NCBI GenBank assembly: GCA_035511275.1 | Contig: DATKFS010000234.1 | Location: 1-56,764, forward strand | DNA: 56,764 nucleotides | From: Novosphingobium sp. | Lineage (GTDB): Bacteria > Pseudomonadota > Alphaproteobacteria > Sphingomonadales > Sphingomonadaceae | Direction of reading: 5' to 3' | Part shown: in pieces, positions 38,707 through 49,475 of the stretch | Numbering within the stretch: position 1 is the stretch's first letter | Layout of the letters: each line of letters opens with the position of its first letter | Notes under the pieces: generated by a model | Database searches by the model: none | What the model was told of the DNA's origin: nothing | What the model saw: only the letters and a program-made list of their open reading frames with translations | Program-made: the position numbers and the translations under genes

Positions 38707-39771
38707 ATGACAAGACGCCGCAAGATCCTGGCCCTGCTGCTGCCCCTCTTCGCCTTCGCCACCGCCTGCTCCACCGGCGGCGGCGAGCCGGACGAGAAGG
38801 TGGTCGATATCGCCGGCATCGTCTCGCCCAAGGACGGGAAGAACGAGTTCATCGGCGGCATCAACCAGATCCAGGAGGACGGCTGGCTCGACGCGGAACT
38901 CGCCAAGAAGGGCTGGAAGGCGCGCTGGGTGCCGGTGCCCACCTCGGTCGGCGGCCCGGTGGTCAACGAGGGCTTCGCGGCAAAGACCATCGACCTCGCC
39001 GCCTATGGCGACCTGCCCTCGGTGATCGCGATGGCGGGCGGGGTGGACCTGCGGCTCGTGGTGCCGAGCCGCGCGGGGTCCAACATCTACCTCGCGGTGG
39101 GCAAGGATTCCACCGCCCGCACCCTGCGCGACCTCAAGGGCAAGCGCATCGCCCTCCACCGGGGGCGGCCGTGGGAAGCGGGCTTCGCGCGCTACGTGCA
39201 GTCGCAGGGCATGACGCTGGACGACTTCAAGATCATCAACGTCAACGCCGTCGCCGGGCAGGCGGCGCTCACCAGCGGCAAGGTCGATGCGATCGTGCTG
39301 ATCCAGGCCGAGGGCTACGTGCTGCAGGACAAGGGCCTCGCCCGCATCCTGTGGTCCACCGCCGACGCGCCCGAAAGCTGGAAGATGATGGCCGGCACGT
39401 TCGCCCGCAAGGACTTCGTCGACGCTCATCCCGACATCGTCCAGATCGTCGTCAGCGCCTTCGTGCGGCAGGCCCGCTGGTCGAGCGACGAGAAGAACCG
39501 CGCCACCGTGCTTTCGTGGGGGACGCTGGGCGGCACTCCGCTCGACGCCGTCATCAAGGATTCGGACAACAACCCGCTGCCCTGGCGCCAGCGCTATTCG
39601 CCGCTGCCCTCCCCGGCGCTGCAGGACCACTTCGACTTCGTGTCCGACTACGCCTCGCGCACGGGGCTGACGCGCACCAAGGTGGACGTCTCCAAGCTGA
39701 TCGACCGCAGCTACGTGGACCAGTCGATCAGGGACCTGAAGCTGGAAGGCTGGTGGCCCGAGGCGAAGTGA
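38707..39771 (+). CDS. Substrate-binding lipoprotein (SsuA-like)
   Basis: Lipobox-like FATAC, GPVVNEGF, YGDLP, DLKGKRIA. Confidence 0.85.
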   Translation: MTRRRKILALLLPLFAFATACSTGGGEPDEKVVDIAGIVSPKDGKNEFIGGINQIQEDGWLDAELAKKGWKARWVPVPTSVGGPVVNEGFAAKTIDLAAYGDLPSVIAMAGGVDLRLVVPSRAGSNIYLAVGKDSTARTLRDLKGKRIALHRGRPWEAGFARYVQSQGMTLDDFKIINVNAVAGQAALTSGKVDAIVLIQAEGYVLQDKGLARILWSTADAPESWKMMAGTFARKDFVDAHPDIVQIVVSAFVRQARWSSDEKNRATVLSWGTLGGTPLDAVIKDSDNNPLPWRQRYSPLPSPALQDHFDFVSDYASRTGLTRTKVDVSKLIDRSYVDQSIRDLKLEGWWPEAK

Positions 39772-39792
39772 CGCCTCGCGGCGGAGGCTGAC

Positions 39793-39832
39793 GAAAAACC
39801 CGGCGAGGCCCGATGGCCTTGCCGGGTTTTTC
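39793..39832. terminator. Bidirectional rho-independent terminator
   Basis: GAAAAACCCGGCGAGGCC-CGAT-GGCCTTGCCGGGTTTTTC between convergent operons. Confidence 0.8.
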
Positions 39833-39834
39833 TT

Positions 39835-39863
39835 CGTCGCCCCGGATCAGGTCCGGGACGACG
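39835..39863. repeat. REP-like palindrome
   Basis: CGTCGCCCCGGATCAGGTCCGGGACGACG hairpin of the CCCGGA..GATCCGGG alphaproteobacterial REP type. Confidence 0.5.
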
Positions 39864-39870
39864 TGGTGTG

Positions 39871-41025
39871 TTACTCGGCCGCTTCCAGCCGCTGCGCCGC
39901 CGAGTGCCCGAGCAGCGGCAGCACTTCCTCGCCGACCCGGTAGGCCTCCTCCAGATGCGGGGTGGCGGCGAGGATGAAGGAATCCGCGCCCAGCCCGATC
40001 AGTTCGTCCAGCCGCGCCGCGACGTTCTCGTAGCTGCCGACGATGCCGAGCGCCGGGCCGGGCCGCAGCAGGCTGAAACCGCCCCACACGTTCGGCGAGA
40101 CGATGAGGTCGCGGTAGTCGCGCGCATCCGCGACGCCGAGCCCGGCCAGCCGCCGCACGCCGACGGAATCGCCGGTGCGGCCGCCGAACGCCTCGCGGCT
40201 CTCCGCCTTGACGTTTGCGAAGCCCAGCTCGATCTCGCGCCAGGCTTCCTCCTCGGTGCGGCGGGCGACGACCTCGACGCGGATCGCGCACTTGATGCCG
40301 CGCCCGATCTCGGCGGTCCGGGTCTTCACCTGCTCGAACTTCTGCGCGAGCTGCGCGAAGGGCTCCAGCCACGACAGGTAGTAGTCCGCATGGCGCGCCG
40401 CCGACTGCAGTGCCGCCTCGGACGATCCGGAGAAGTAGATGGTCGGCAGATCCTCGCCCGCCAGCGCCGGGGGCAGCGCCGCGTTCTCGACCTCGTAGAA
40501 GCGGCCCTTGTGCGTGAGCGGGCCGTCCTTCCAGACGCCCTTCATCACGTCGAGGAACTCGGTGGTGCGGCCGTAGCGGTCGTCGTGGTCGAACGGATCG
40601 CCCCACCAGCGCTGGGCGGGGCCGCCGCCGCCGGTGATGATGTTGTAGACCACCCGGCCGTTGCTGGCGCGCTGGAGGCTGGCGGACATGCGCGCGGCGC
40701 GCACCGGGTCGAGGAAGCCGGGCTGGAACGCGATCATGAAGCGGAACGCCTTGGTCGCCCGCGCCAGCGCCGCCGAGATGACCCAGGGATCGTCGGTCAT
40801 CGGGAACGAGGGCAGCAGCCCGCCGACGAAGCCCGAGATTTCCGCCGCACGCGCGATCTCGGCCATGTGGTCAAGGTAGCTGGTGCCGTCCGGCTCGCCA
40901 TCGGCAAGGCCCGGCGCCTGGTTGCCCGGCGCCAGCGGCGACCAGTCGCCCCGGTTGAAGCTGCGTTCGCGGATGGAACTGCTGCACCCGTGGGTCGGGA
41001 TGCGCCAGTAGAAGTCGATGCTCAT
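39871..41025 (-). CDS. LLM monooxygenase, SsuD/MsuD-like
   Basis: FYWRIPTHG, DPWVISAAL, FQPG, IYFSGSSEAA, GIVGSYENVA, PHLEEAYRVGE. Confidence 0.88.
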   Translation of the reverse strand: MSIDFYWRIPTHGCSSSIRERSFNRGDWSPLAPGNQAPGLADGEPDGTSYLDHMAEIARAAEISGFVGGLLPSFPMTDDPWVISAALARATKAFRFMIAFQPGFLDPVRAARMSASLQRASNGRVVYNIITGGGGPAQRWWGDPFDHDDRYGRTTEFLDVMKGVWKDGPLTHKGRFYEVENAALPPALAGEDLPTIYFSGSSEAALQSAARHADYYLSWLEPFAQLAQKFEQVKTRTAEIGRGIKCAIRVEVVARRTEEEAWREIELGFANVKAESREAFGGRTGDSVGVRRLAGLGVADARDYRDLIVSPNVWGGFSLLRPGPALGIVGSYENVAARLDELIGLGADSFILAATPHLEEAYRVGEEVLPLLGHSAAQRLEAAE

Positions 41026-41039
41026 TTGCGGTTCTCCCC

Positions 41040-41978
41040 TCAGGCGGCGGTGGCAAGCGCGCGGACGCGGCCGACGACCTGCTCGCCCGCGACGTGGACT
41101 TCGTGGATCTGGTCGGGCGCGGACAGGACGGCGATGTCGAGCCCGGCGGCGGCGAACGCGCGCAGCCTCTCGGCCACCGCGTCGTACGTGCCGACCAGCG
41201 CGGCGGGCGCCGGATCGCGGTAGGCGGCTTCCACCGCTACGTCGCGCCCGTCCGCCCGCGTCAGCAGCGGCACCGTCGCGGCGAGCCGCAGCGCGGGGTT
41301 CGCGCGGCGGGTATCGGCGATCAGGTCGGCCAGCGCGTCGACCGGCGGCGCGCCGTCGAGCAGCAGGACGTCGGCATGGCCGAGCAGGTCCGCGCCCGGC
41401 GCCTGCGACTGGCGCAGCCAGACCGGCGGGCGCCGCCGTCCCTTCACCAGTCCGCCAAGGCCGCCCTTCTCGACGATGAAGTGCTCGCCCTCCTGGTCGA
41501 ACGGGCCATCGCCCCAGAGGCCTTCCAGCAGCGTCAGCAGTTCGCCGGTGCGCGCGGCGCTGTCCTGCGCCGCCACCGCGTCGCCCGCCGCGAGGCCGCG
41601 CGCGCCGTCGATCAGCCAGCCCTGCCGGTCGCCCGAGAAGCGCTGCACGCTCGCCGCCATCTTGGCATGGTACACGCCCGAGGCCGAGCCCGGCGCGATC
41701 GCGGTGACGAGCTGCAGCCGCCGCGTCTCGCGCAGCAGGGCCCCGGTGACGATCCAGGGCTCCTCGCCCTCCGGTTCGTCGGGGATGACGAGCCCGTCGA
41801 AGCCGGTCAGCTCGGCGGCGCGGGCGACTTGCGTAAGATAGTCGTAGTGGTTGATCTGGAGACGGCGGCTGCCGGCATCGCGGGCAGGCGTCCAGGGTCG
41901 GTCGCCGTCCGCCCATTCGGCGCGCCGGCGATCGCTGGTCGCGGTCGTCGACAGGGTCCAGTAGAAGCTGAGTGCCAT
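41040..41978 (-). CDS. Shortened, divergent LLM monooxygenase paralogue
   Basis: FYWTL, YLTQVARAAELTGFDG, EPWIV, LVGTYDAVA; 312 aa, lacks several internal segments. Confidence 0.8.
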   Translation of the reverse strand: MALSFYWTLSTTATSDRRRAEWADGDRPWTPARDAGSRRLQINHYDYLTQVARAAELTGFDGLVIPDEPEGEEPWIVTGALLRETRRLQLVTAIAPGSASGVYHAKMAASVQRFSGDRQGWLIDGARGLAAGDAVAAQDSAARTGELLTLLEGLWGDGPFDQEGEHFIVEKGGLGGLVKGRRRPPVWLRQSQAPGADLLGHADVLLLDGAPPVDALADLIADTRRANPALRLAATVPLLTRADGRDVAVEAAYRDPAPAALVGTYDAVAERLRAFAAAGLDIAVLSAPDQIHEVHVAGEQVVGRVRALATAA

Positions 41979-42017
41979 CGCGGGCCTCCTTCGATCCATG
42001 AGTGTCGCGCCCGGCGA

Positions 42018-42033
42018 AGCATGGACCGTGCCA
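42018..42033 (-). promoter_or_regulatory. Sigma54 -24/-12 promoter
   Basis: Minus strand TGGCAC-GGTCC-ATGCT upstream of the LLM pair. Confidence 0.72.
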
Positions 42034-42168
42034 CCCCGCCCAAACCCTCGCCGCGCCTGCCCTCGTGGAGCGGCTTGACCCGGCGCTGCGCAATTCTGCA
42101 CAACGGTCGTCGCGATCTGTGCAAGCGCCTGCGCGAACGGCCGCGCCATTTCTCGGGCCGACGCCCGA

Positions 42169-42184
42169 TGGCACGGGCTTTGCT
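42169..42184 (+). promoter_or_regulatory. Sigma54 -24/-12 promoter
   Basis: TGGCAC-GGGCT-TTGCT upstream of 42213. Confidence 0.8.
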
Positions 42185-42212
42185 TCGGGCTCGCCACGAC
42201 TACGGAGACCTG

Positions 42213-43253
42213 ATGCCGATGCGAACGAGGGCGGCCGCGCGACTGGAACGGATATGGGTGGTACGCTCCCCGGTGCCCGCGGCGTCGAACATCGCCTGGT
42301 CGCTCGGCTGGCTCGACGAGGAGTTCGGGCGCGACGGCATCGGCGTGAGCTGGCTGCGCGAGGACCGCCTGCGCGTCGCCGAGCAGAACCCCGACGCCAT
42401 GATGCGCAGCCTGTTCCGCGAGGGCGGCAACATCCCCGCCCTCGCCGCCCGCGCGCTCGGCGCCGAGACCCGCGTCATCGGCCTCACCTGGATCGACGAG
42501 CGGCAGGCGATCATGGTCCGCCCCGACCAGAACGTGTTCGACCCCGCGCAGCTTCGCGACTTGCGCTTCGCGCTCCCCGGCTACGTGTCGACGCGCGGCG
42601 CCTCGGTGGTGCGCGGCATGTCGCTGCACGGCATCAAGAACGCGCTGCGCCTTGCCGGCCTTTCGCTGGAGGACGTGCGCTTCGTCGATGTGCCGACCCC
42701 GCAGGTGGACTTTTCCGAACCGCAGATGATGCAGCGCATGTGGTCCGGCCTGCAGGCGCTGGCGGAGGGCCGGGTGGACGCGGTCTACGTCAAGGGCGCG
42801 GCGGCGGCCGAGGCGGCGCAGCAGCTCGGGCTGGAAGTGGGCATCGACCTCGACGCCTATCCCAGCCGGATGACGCGGGTGAACAACGGCACCCCGCGCC
42901 CGATCGTCACCCATCGCCGCATGATCGAGGAGCATTTCGACGTGGTGGTGCGCTTCCTCCACCAGACGCTGCGCGCCGCCGACTGGGCCGCGAACCATCC
43001 CGTCGAACTGCGCCAGATCCTCGAACGCGAGACCTTCTCCGGCCCGGCGGGCGTGGACGCGGCCTACCGCGACGGCTTCCACCGCGCCCTCCATCCCGAC
43101 CTCTCGCCCGAGCGGATCGACATGTTGCGGGTGCAGGAGCAGTTCCTTCGGCTCCACGGGTTCCTCGAAACGGCGGTCGATGTCGATGCCTGGGTGGATG
43201 CCCGCCCGCTCGCCGCCGCGCTCGCGCTGCGGGAAATCGACCGCGCCGCCTGA
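42213..43253 (+). CDS. DszB-like (SsuA-fold) cytoplasmic protein with catalytic Cys replaced by Ser
   Basis: VRSPVP, FREGGNIP, VNNGTPRP; no signal peptide; GGAG RBS. Confidence 0.85.
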   Translation: MPMRTRAAARLERIWVVRSPVPAASNIAWSLGWLDEEFGRDGIGVSWLREDRLRVAEQNPDAMMRSLFREGGNIPALAARALGAETRVIGLTWIDERQAIMVRPDQNVFDPAQLRDLRFALPGYVSTRGASVVRGMSLHGIKNALRLAGLSLEDVRFVDVPTPQVDFSEPQMMQRMWSGLQALAEGRVDAVYVKGAAAAEAAQQLGLEVGIDLDAYPSRMTRVNNGTPRPIVTHRRMIEEHFDVVVRFLHQTLRAADWAANHPVELRQILERETFSGPAGVDAAYRDGFHRALHPDLSPERIDMLRVQEQFLRLHGFLETAVDVDAWVDARPLAAALALREIDRAA

Positions 43254-43288
43254 CCCGGCCCTGATGGCAGGGCTTGCGTCCTCCGTAG

Positions 43289-43313
43289 ATTCTCTACTAT
43301 TCCAATAGAGAAT
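43289..43313. promoter_or_regulatory. 25-bp AT-rich inverted repeat upstream of the sigma54 activator
   Basis: ATTCTCTA-CTATTCCAA-TAGAGAAT, 8-bp perfect arms. Confidence 0.6.
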
Positions 43314-43353
43314 GAGTCGGTGGCATAGTGCGCAGGCGAGGAGGCACGGTACC

Positions 43354-44517
<1,164 letters not shown>

Positions 44518-44633
44518 CCGTTGCGCGCTATGGCGCAGATGCCCATCCAGATCCGCGCACCGGCTGCGTCGATCTGGCCAGCGGTGTCGTCCTGAATCAC
44601 CCAACCACCTGAATTACCGTACTTTCCCGAGAT

Positions 44634-44649
44634 TGGCACACCGCTTGCT
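44634..44649 (+). promoter_or_regulatory. Sigma54 -24/-12 promoter
   Basis: TGGCAC-ACCGC-TTGCT upstream of the TBDR operon. Confidence 0.82.
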
Positions 44650-44728
44650 CTCCTGAGCCGAGACCGCACGGCACCGGCACGGCCGGACCGCGCATCCTTC
44701 AGGTTCGCAAGTGAGGACAAAGCAAGTC

Positions 44729-46963
44729 ATGGCATCCAGGGAGCCCAGATCCTTCCACCCCGCCCGCCAGCTGGCCGCGGCGAGCGCGCTGGCGCTCGCA
44801 CTGTCGCTGGCCGGGCAAGCCCACGCCGAGGCGCCCGCCGAGAGCGCCGACGCCGATAGCGGCGGCAGCGACGTCATCCTCGTTACCGCGCAGAAGCGCA
44901 CCCAGAGCGTGCAGGACGTGCCCGCCTCGGTCGTCGCGCTCGGCGGCGACAACCTGCGCGAACGGCTGGTGACCCGCGCCAGCGACATCTCGCGCTTCGT
45001 CCCCAACTTCAGCGCCGACACCTCGGTCGGCAACCTGACCCCGCGCTGGTATCTGCGCGGCATCGGCAACTCGGTCCCCGGCAACGGCCAGACCAGCCCG
45101 GTCGGCGTCTACCAGGACGAAGTCTACGTCGGCATTCCCGTGGCGCAGGCCTTCCCGATCCTCGACCTCGAGCGCGTCGAGGTGCTCAGCGGCCCGCAGG
45201 GCACGCTCTGGGGCAAGAACACCACGGCGGGCGCGGTCAACTTCATCTCGCGCAAGCCCGCGTTCGACGCCAGCGGCTATGCCCGCGCCGAATACGGCAG
45301 CTACGGCACGGCGCTGCTCGAAGGCGCCTGGGGCGGCCCGCTGAGCGACAAGGTGGCGGTGCGCTTCGCCGGCCACTTCCGCGACGACGACGGCTTCGCC
45401 ACCAACCAGCACGACGGCACGCCGATGGGCAAGAACCGCGAGGCGGCAGCGCGCTTCTCCGTCCTCGCCAAGCCGACCGACACCTTCGAGGCGCTGCTGC
45501 GCGTGCAGTACCGCGACTACAAGAACACCGGCGACATCATCTACCGGGGGCTGGGCACCACCGACCCCGCCGGCTTCCCGATCCCGACCAGCTACAAGGA
45601 CAACTCTTCCTTCGGCAACAGCGGGCAGGACCTGCGCCAGCGCGGCGTGCAGCTCAACCTCGACTGGGACGTGGGCGACCTGCACCTGACCTCGATCACC
45701 GCCTACAACGAGTTCAAGCACCGCTCCGAACTCGGCACCCAGGTCAACCACGAGGGCACCCACACCTACAGCAGCCTCGACGCCAAGGCCTTCAACCAGG
45801 AACTGCGCCTCGCCTCCCCGGACGAGGGCCGCCTGAAGTGGATCGTCGGCGCGCACTACTACTACGAGAAGCTGGATTCCGAGGCCGCCACCGCGCTGCT
45901 CCCCAACACCGTGGGCCTGCGCCCGAGCTGGACCAACACCCAGTTCGTACAGAGCAACAACAGCTACGGCCTCTTCGCCAATGTCACCTACGAGCCGATC
46001 GACAATCTCGAGATCATCCTCGGCGGCCGCTACACCTGGGAAGACAAGGCGATCGACCTGAACACGATCGGCACCGCGACCGGCGGCACCGGCACGCTCA
46101 CCTATCTCGACACGGTTTCGTTCTGGTCGCGCAACTCGGTGACCGGCACCGGCATCGCCACCCGCGCCGCGCAGGACGAGAAGCGCAACTGGAACGCCTT
46201 CACCTACGACGCGACGGTGAAGTACAACTTCACCCCCGGCCTCAACGTCTACGCCCGCTACGCCAAGGGCTTCCGCTCGGGCGGGTTCAACACCGGCGCG
46301 ACGCTGCAGACGCAGGTGGCGACGGTGAACCCCGAATACGTCAGGAGCTACGAGGTCGGCGTGAAGTCCGAATGGTTCGACGGACGCCTGACCGCCAACC
46401 TCGCCGCCTTCTACAACGACTACGACAACATCCAGGTCACGGTCATCCAGCTCCCGCTCAGCCAGCTCTCGAACGCGGGCAAGGGCTGGTCGAAGGGGGT
46501 GGAAGCGGTGCTGACCGCGCGCCCGGTAGACGCCCTGCGGCTCTGGGGCACGCTCGGCCTGCTCGACACCAAGTACACCGAGTTCCCCAACTGCAAGGCC
46601 GGGGTCGACTGCTCGGGCAACCAGTTCGTCCGCGCACCGCACGTCACCGCCAGCGTCAGCGGCGAATACACCTTCGGGATCGGCAACGGGCACGAGATCG
46701 TCGCCGAGACCAACTGGTCCTACCGCTCGCACCTCTACTTCAACGCCGGCACCCAGGCCGCGCCGCTGGAGCAGGACCCGAAGTGGCTGGGCAATGCCTC
46801 GCTGGGGTGGAAGCTGCCCAACGACATCAAGCTCTCGATCTTCGCCCGCAACGTCACCAACAGCCACGCCGCCTCGACCATCATCCCCTCGGCGAACTTC
46901 GGCTACATCAAGTACATCATCGAGCCCCGCGTCTGGGGCGGCGCCGTTTCGGTGAACTTCTGA
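44729..46963 (+). CDS. TonB-dependent receptor
   Basis: VILVTAQKR, VEVLSGPQGTLWGKNTTAGAVN, KGFRSGGFN, C-terminal VNF. Confidence 0.95.
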   Translation: MASREPRSFHPARQLAAASALALALSLAGQAHAEAPAESADADSGGSDVILVTAQKRTQSVQDVPASVVALGGDNLRERLVTRASDISRFVPNFSADTSVGNLTPRWYLRGIGNSVPGNGQTSPVGVYQDEVYVGIPVAQAFPILDLERVEVLSGPQGTLWGKNTTAGAVNFISRKPAFDASGYARAEYGSYGTALLEGAWGGPLSDKVAVRFAGHFRDDDGFATNQHDGTPMGKNREAAARFSVLAKPTDTFEALLRVQYRDYKNTGDIIYRGLGTTDPAGFPIPTSYKDNSSFGNSGQDLRQRGVQLNLDWDVGDLHLTSITAYNEFKHRSELGTQVNHEGTHTYSSLDAKAFNQELRLASPDEGRLKWIVGAHYYYEKLDSEAATALLPNTVGLRPSWTNTQFVQSNNSYGLFANVTYEPIDNLEIILGGRYTWEDKAIDLNTIGTATGGTGTLTYLDTVSFWSRNSVTGTGIATRAAQDEKRNWNAFTYDATVKYNFTPGLNVYARYAKGFRSGGFNTGATLQTQVATVNPEYVRSYEVGVKSEWFDGRLTANLAAFYNDYDNIQVTVIQLPLSQLSNAGKGWSKGVEAVLTARPVDALRLWGTLGLLDTKYTEFPNCKAGVDCSGNQFVRAPHVTASVSGEYTFGIGNGHEIVAETNWSYRSHLYFNAGTQAAPLEQDPKWLGNASLGWKLPNDIKLSIFARNVTNSHAASTIIPSANFGYIKYIIEPRVWGGAVSVNF

Positions 46964-48327
46964 TGCCGGGCGCGGACCGCGGCGCCGGGCGCCGGCGCCA
47001 GCTCGTCCTCGGCGTCTTCCTGACGCGGCACGGGCACCATCCCGGGTCCTGGCGCCTGCCGGGATCGCCGGGGGGCGGCGACCCCGACTTCGCCTACTGG
47101 CTGCGCCTCGCGCAAGTGGCGGAGCGGGGCAAGCTCGACTCGGTGTTCTTCGCCGACTTCGTGGGCATGGGCGCGGACGACGTGCGCGGCATCGAGCGGC
47201 GCCCGGCGGGCGGCGGGTTCGAGCCGCTCAGCCTGATCTCCGCGCTCGCCGTCACCACGAAGAACATCGGCCTGATCGCCACGGTCAACACCAACTTCGC
47301 CAACCCCTACACGCTGGCGCGGCAGATGGCCTCGATCGACCACCTGAGCGGCGGGCGCGTGGGCTGGAACGTGGTGTCCTCGCTCTCCCCCGGCTCAATC
47401 CGCACTTTCGGCGTCGAGAACCCGCTCGACCATGCCGGCCGCTACGAGCGCGCCTCCGAGTTCATCGCGCTGGCCAAGAAGCTGTGGGACAGCTGGGACG
47501 ACGGCGCCTTCGACCATCCCGACAAGGCGACCGGCCGCTACCTCGATGCCGCCAGCGTCCACCCGGTCTCGCACCGGGGCAGGCACTTCCACTCGGAATC
47601 GATCCTCGACGTAGCGCGGCCGGTCCAGGGCTATCCGGTGTTCGTCCAGGCGGGCAATTCCGACACGGGGCGCGATTTCGCCGCCGAGCACGCCGAGATG
47701 ATCTACGCCGCCGCGCAGTTCGTCGAGGACGCGCGCGACTATTACGAGGACGTGAAGGCCCGCCTGCCCGCCCATGGCCGCGCCCGCGACCAGCTCAAGG
47801 TCACGCCGGGCCTGTCGTTCGCGATCGGCGCGACCGAGTCCGAGGCGCGCGAGAAGTTCGAGGCGCTTCAGCAGAAGGTCGACCTCACCGGCCCGATCGA
47901 GCTGATCGGCGAGGACGTCAGCCACCTGCCGCTCGATGCGCCGATCCCCGACGACTACCCGGTGCCCGAGAACGGCAAGGGCCGCTGGGAGCAGATCGTC
48001 CGCCTCGGCAAGCGCGAGAACCTGACCCTGCGCCAGCTGGTGCTGCGCTACAACGTCGTGCGCGGCCACCGCATCGCCATCGGCACGCCCGCGCAGGTCG
48101 CCGACCAGATCGAGGACTGGTTCCGCCAGGGCGTGGTCGACGGGTTCAACCTGATCCCGCCGCTCAACCCCGGCTTCCTGGAAGACTTCGTCGATCTCGT
48201 CGTTCCCGAACTCCAGAAGCGCGGCATCTTCCGCACCGAGTACGAAGGCCGCACCCTGCGCGAGAACCTCGGCCTCGACCGTCCCGTCAACCAGCACTCC
48301 CGCGCCCCGGCCGCTCTCGCCGTCTGA
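46963..48327 (+). CDS. LLM monooxygenase, NtaA/SnaA/DszA family
   Basis: HHPGSWR, AERGKLD, FEPLSL, GWNVVSS, QAGNS, FRTEYEG; TGATG overlap. Confidence 0.92.
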   Translation: MPGADRGAGRRRQLVLGVFLTRHGHHPGSWRLPGSPGGGDPDFAYWLRLAQVAERGKLDSVFFADFVGMGADDVRGIERRPAGGGFEPLSLISALAVTTKNIGLIATVNTNFANPYTLARQMASIDHLSGGRVGWNVVSSLSPGSIRTFGVENPLDHAGRYERASEFIALAKKLWDSWDDGAFDHPDKATGRYLDAASVHPVSHRGRHFHSESILDVARPVQGYPVFVQAGNSDTGRDFAAEHAEMIYAAAQFVEDARDYYEDVKARLPAHGRARDQLKVTPGLSFAIGATESEAREKFEALQQKVDLTGPIELIGEDVSHLPLDAPIPDDYPVPENGKGRWEQIVRLGKRENLTLRQLVLRYNVVRGHRIAIGTPAQVADQIEDWFRQGVVDGFNLIPPLNPGFLEDFVDLVVPELQKRGIFRTEYEGRTLRENLGLDRPVNQHSRAPAALAV

Positions 48328-48344
48328 TCGAAAGGAATTCCCGC

Positions 48345-49448
48345 ATGGCTACCCAAATCGCCCCCGAGACCGCTCCCAACGCATCGACCGCGCCGAACGA
48401 GATCTGGTTCACCCGCTGCCCGGTCCCCACCGCCACCGGCCTCGCCTACAAGCTCGGCTGGCTGGACGAGGAGTTCGCCGCCGACGGCGTTCCGGTGCGC
48501 ACGCTACAGGAATCGACGCCGGAGAACGCGCTCCACCACTACGATCACCGCCTGCCCACGCTGATCCGCGAGGGCGGCAACATCCTCGCCTTCGCCGCGC
48601 GCGCGCAGGGCGAACCGACGAAACTGGTCGGCCTGACCTGGATCGAGGAAGCCCAGGCGATCCTCGTCCGCCCCGGTTCCGGCATCACCGAGCCCGCGCA
48701 CCTCAAGGGCAAGCGCCTCGCCCTGCCCGGCTGGACCGACCATGACATCCCCAGCCACCTGCGCGGCACCAGCATCGGGCGCGGCATGTCGCTGCTCGGC
48801 TACAAGGGCGCGCTGCACGCGGGCGGCCTGACCTTCGACGACGTCGAGATCGTCGAGGTGGACGGCACCATCCGCAACATCGGCGGCGCCGGGCGCGACA
48901 GCCAGCCCGATGCTCAGGCAAATTCGCGCGGCACCCTCAACCGGCTCTGGGCGATCGAGGCGCTGGCGGCGGGCGAAGTGGACGCGGTCTACGTCAAGGG
49001 CGCCTCCGCGCTCGACGGCGCGCGCGAGGCGGGCGTCGTCGTCGGCATCGACCTCGACGCGCTGCCCGACAAGGCCTCGCGCGTGAACAACGGCACGCCG
49101 CGGCCCATCACCGTCCACCAGAGCCTGATCGACAATCACTTCGACTATCTCGTCCGCTTCCTCACCGCCACCCTGCGCGCCGCCGACTGGGCCGCCCAGA
49201 ACGTCGCCAAGGTGCACGAGGTGCTCCAGTTCGAGACGCGCGGCAGCGTGGAGGCGGTGACGCAGGCCTACGGCGCCGACTTCCACAAGACCCTCCACCC
49301 CACGCTCGACGCCGAGCGGCTGGAGCTGTTCGATCGGCAGAAGAAGGCGCTGGGCCTGTTCGGCTTCCTGGAACGGGACTTCGCCCTCGCCGACTGGGTC
49401 GACCCGCGCCCGCTGGCAGCGGCCTACGAGCGGCTGCGGGGCGGCTGA
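48345..49448 (+). CDS. DszB-like desulfinase (catalytic Cys, His, Arg retained)
   Basis: FTRCPVP, HHYDH, IREGGN, VNNGTPRP; no signal peptide; AGGA RBS. Confidence 0.82.
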   Translation: MATQIAPETAPNASTAPNEIWFTRCPVPTATGLAYKLGWLDEEFAADGVPVRTLQESTPENALHHYDHRLPTLIREGGNILAFAARAQGEPTKLVGLTWIEEAQAILVRPGSGITEPAHLKGKRLALPGWTDHDIPSHLRGTSIGRGMSLLGYKGALHAGGLTFDDVEIVEVDGTIRNIGGAGRDSQPDAQANSRGTLNRLWAIEALAAGEVDAVYVKGASALDGAREAGVVVGIDLDALPDKASRVNNGTPRPITVHQSLIDNHFDYLVRFLTATLRAADWAAQNVAKVHEVLQFETRGSVEAVTQAYGADFHKTLHPTLDAERLELFDRQKKALGLFGFLERDFALADWVDPRPLAAAYERLRGG

Positions 49449-49475
49449 ACTGACGACGGCAGGGGGGGCCTGACC

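Noticed and set aside
43265-43278. TGGCAGGGCTTGCG as a sigma54 promoter for sfnR
   Set aside because: GG-to-GC spacing is two bases shorter than the strict -24/-12 requirement.
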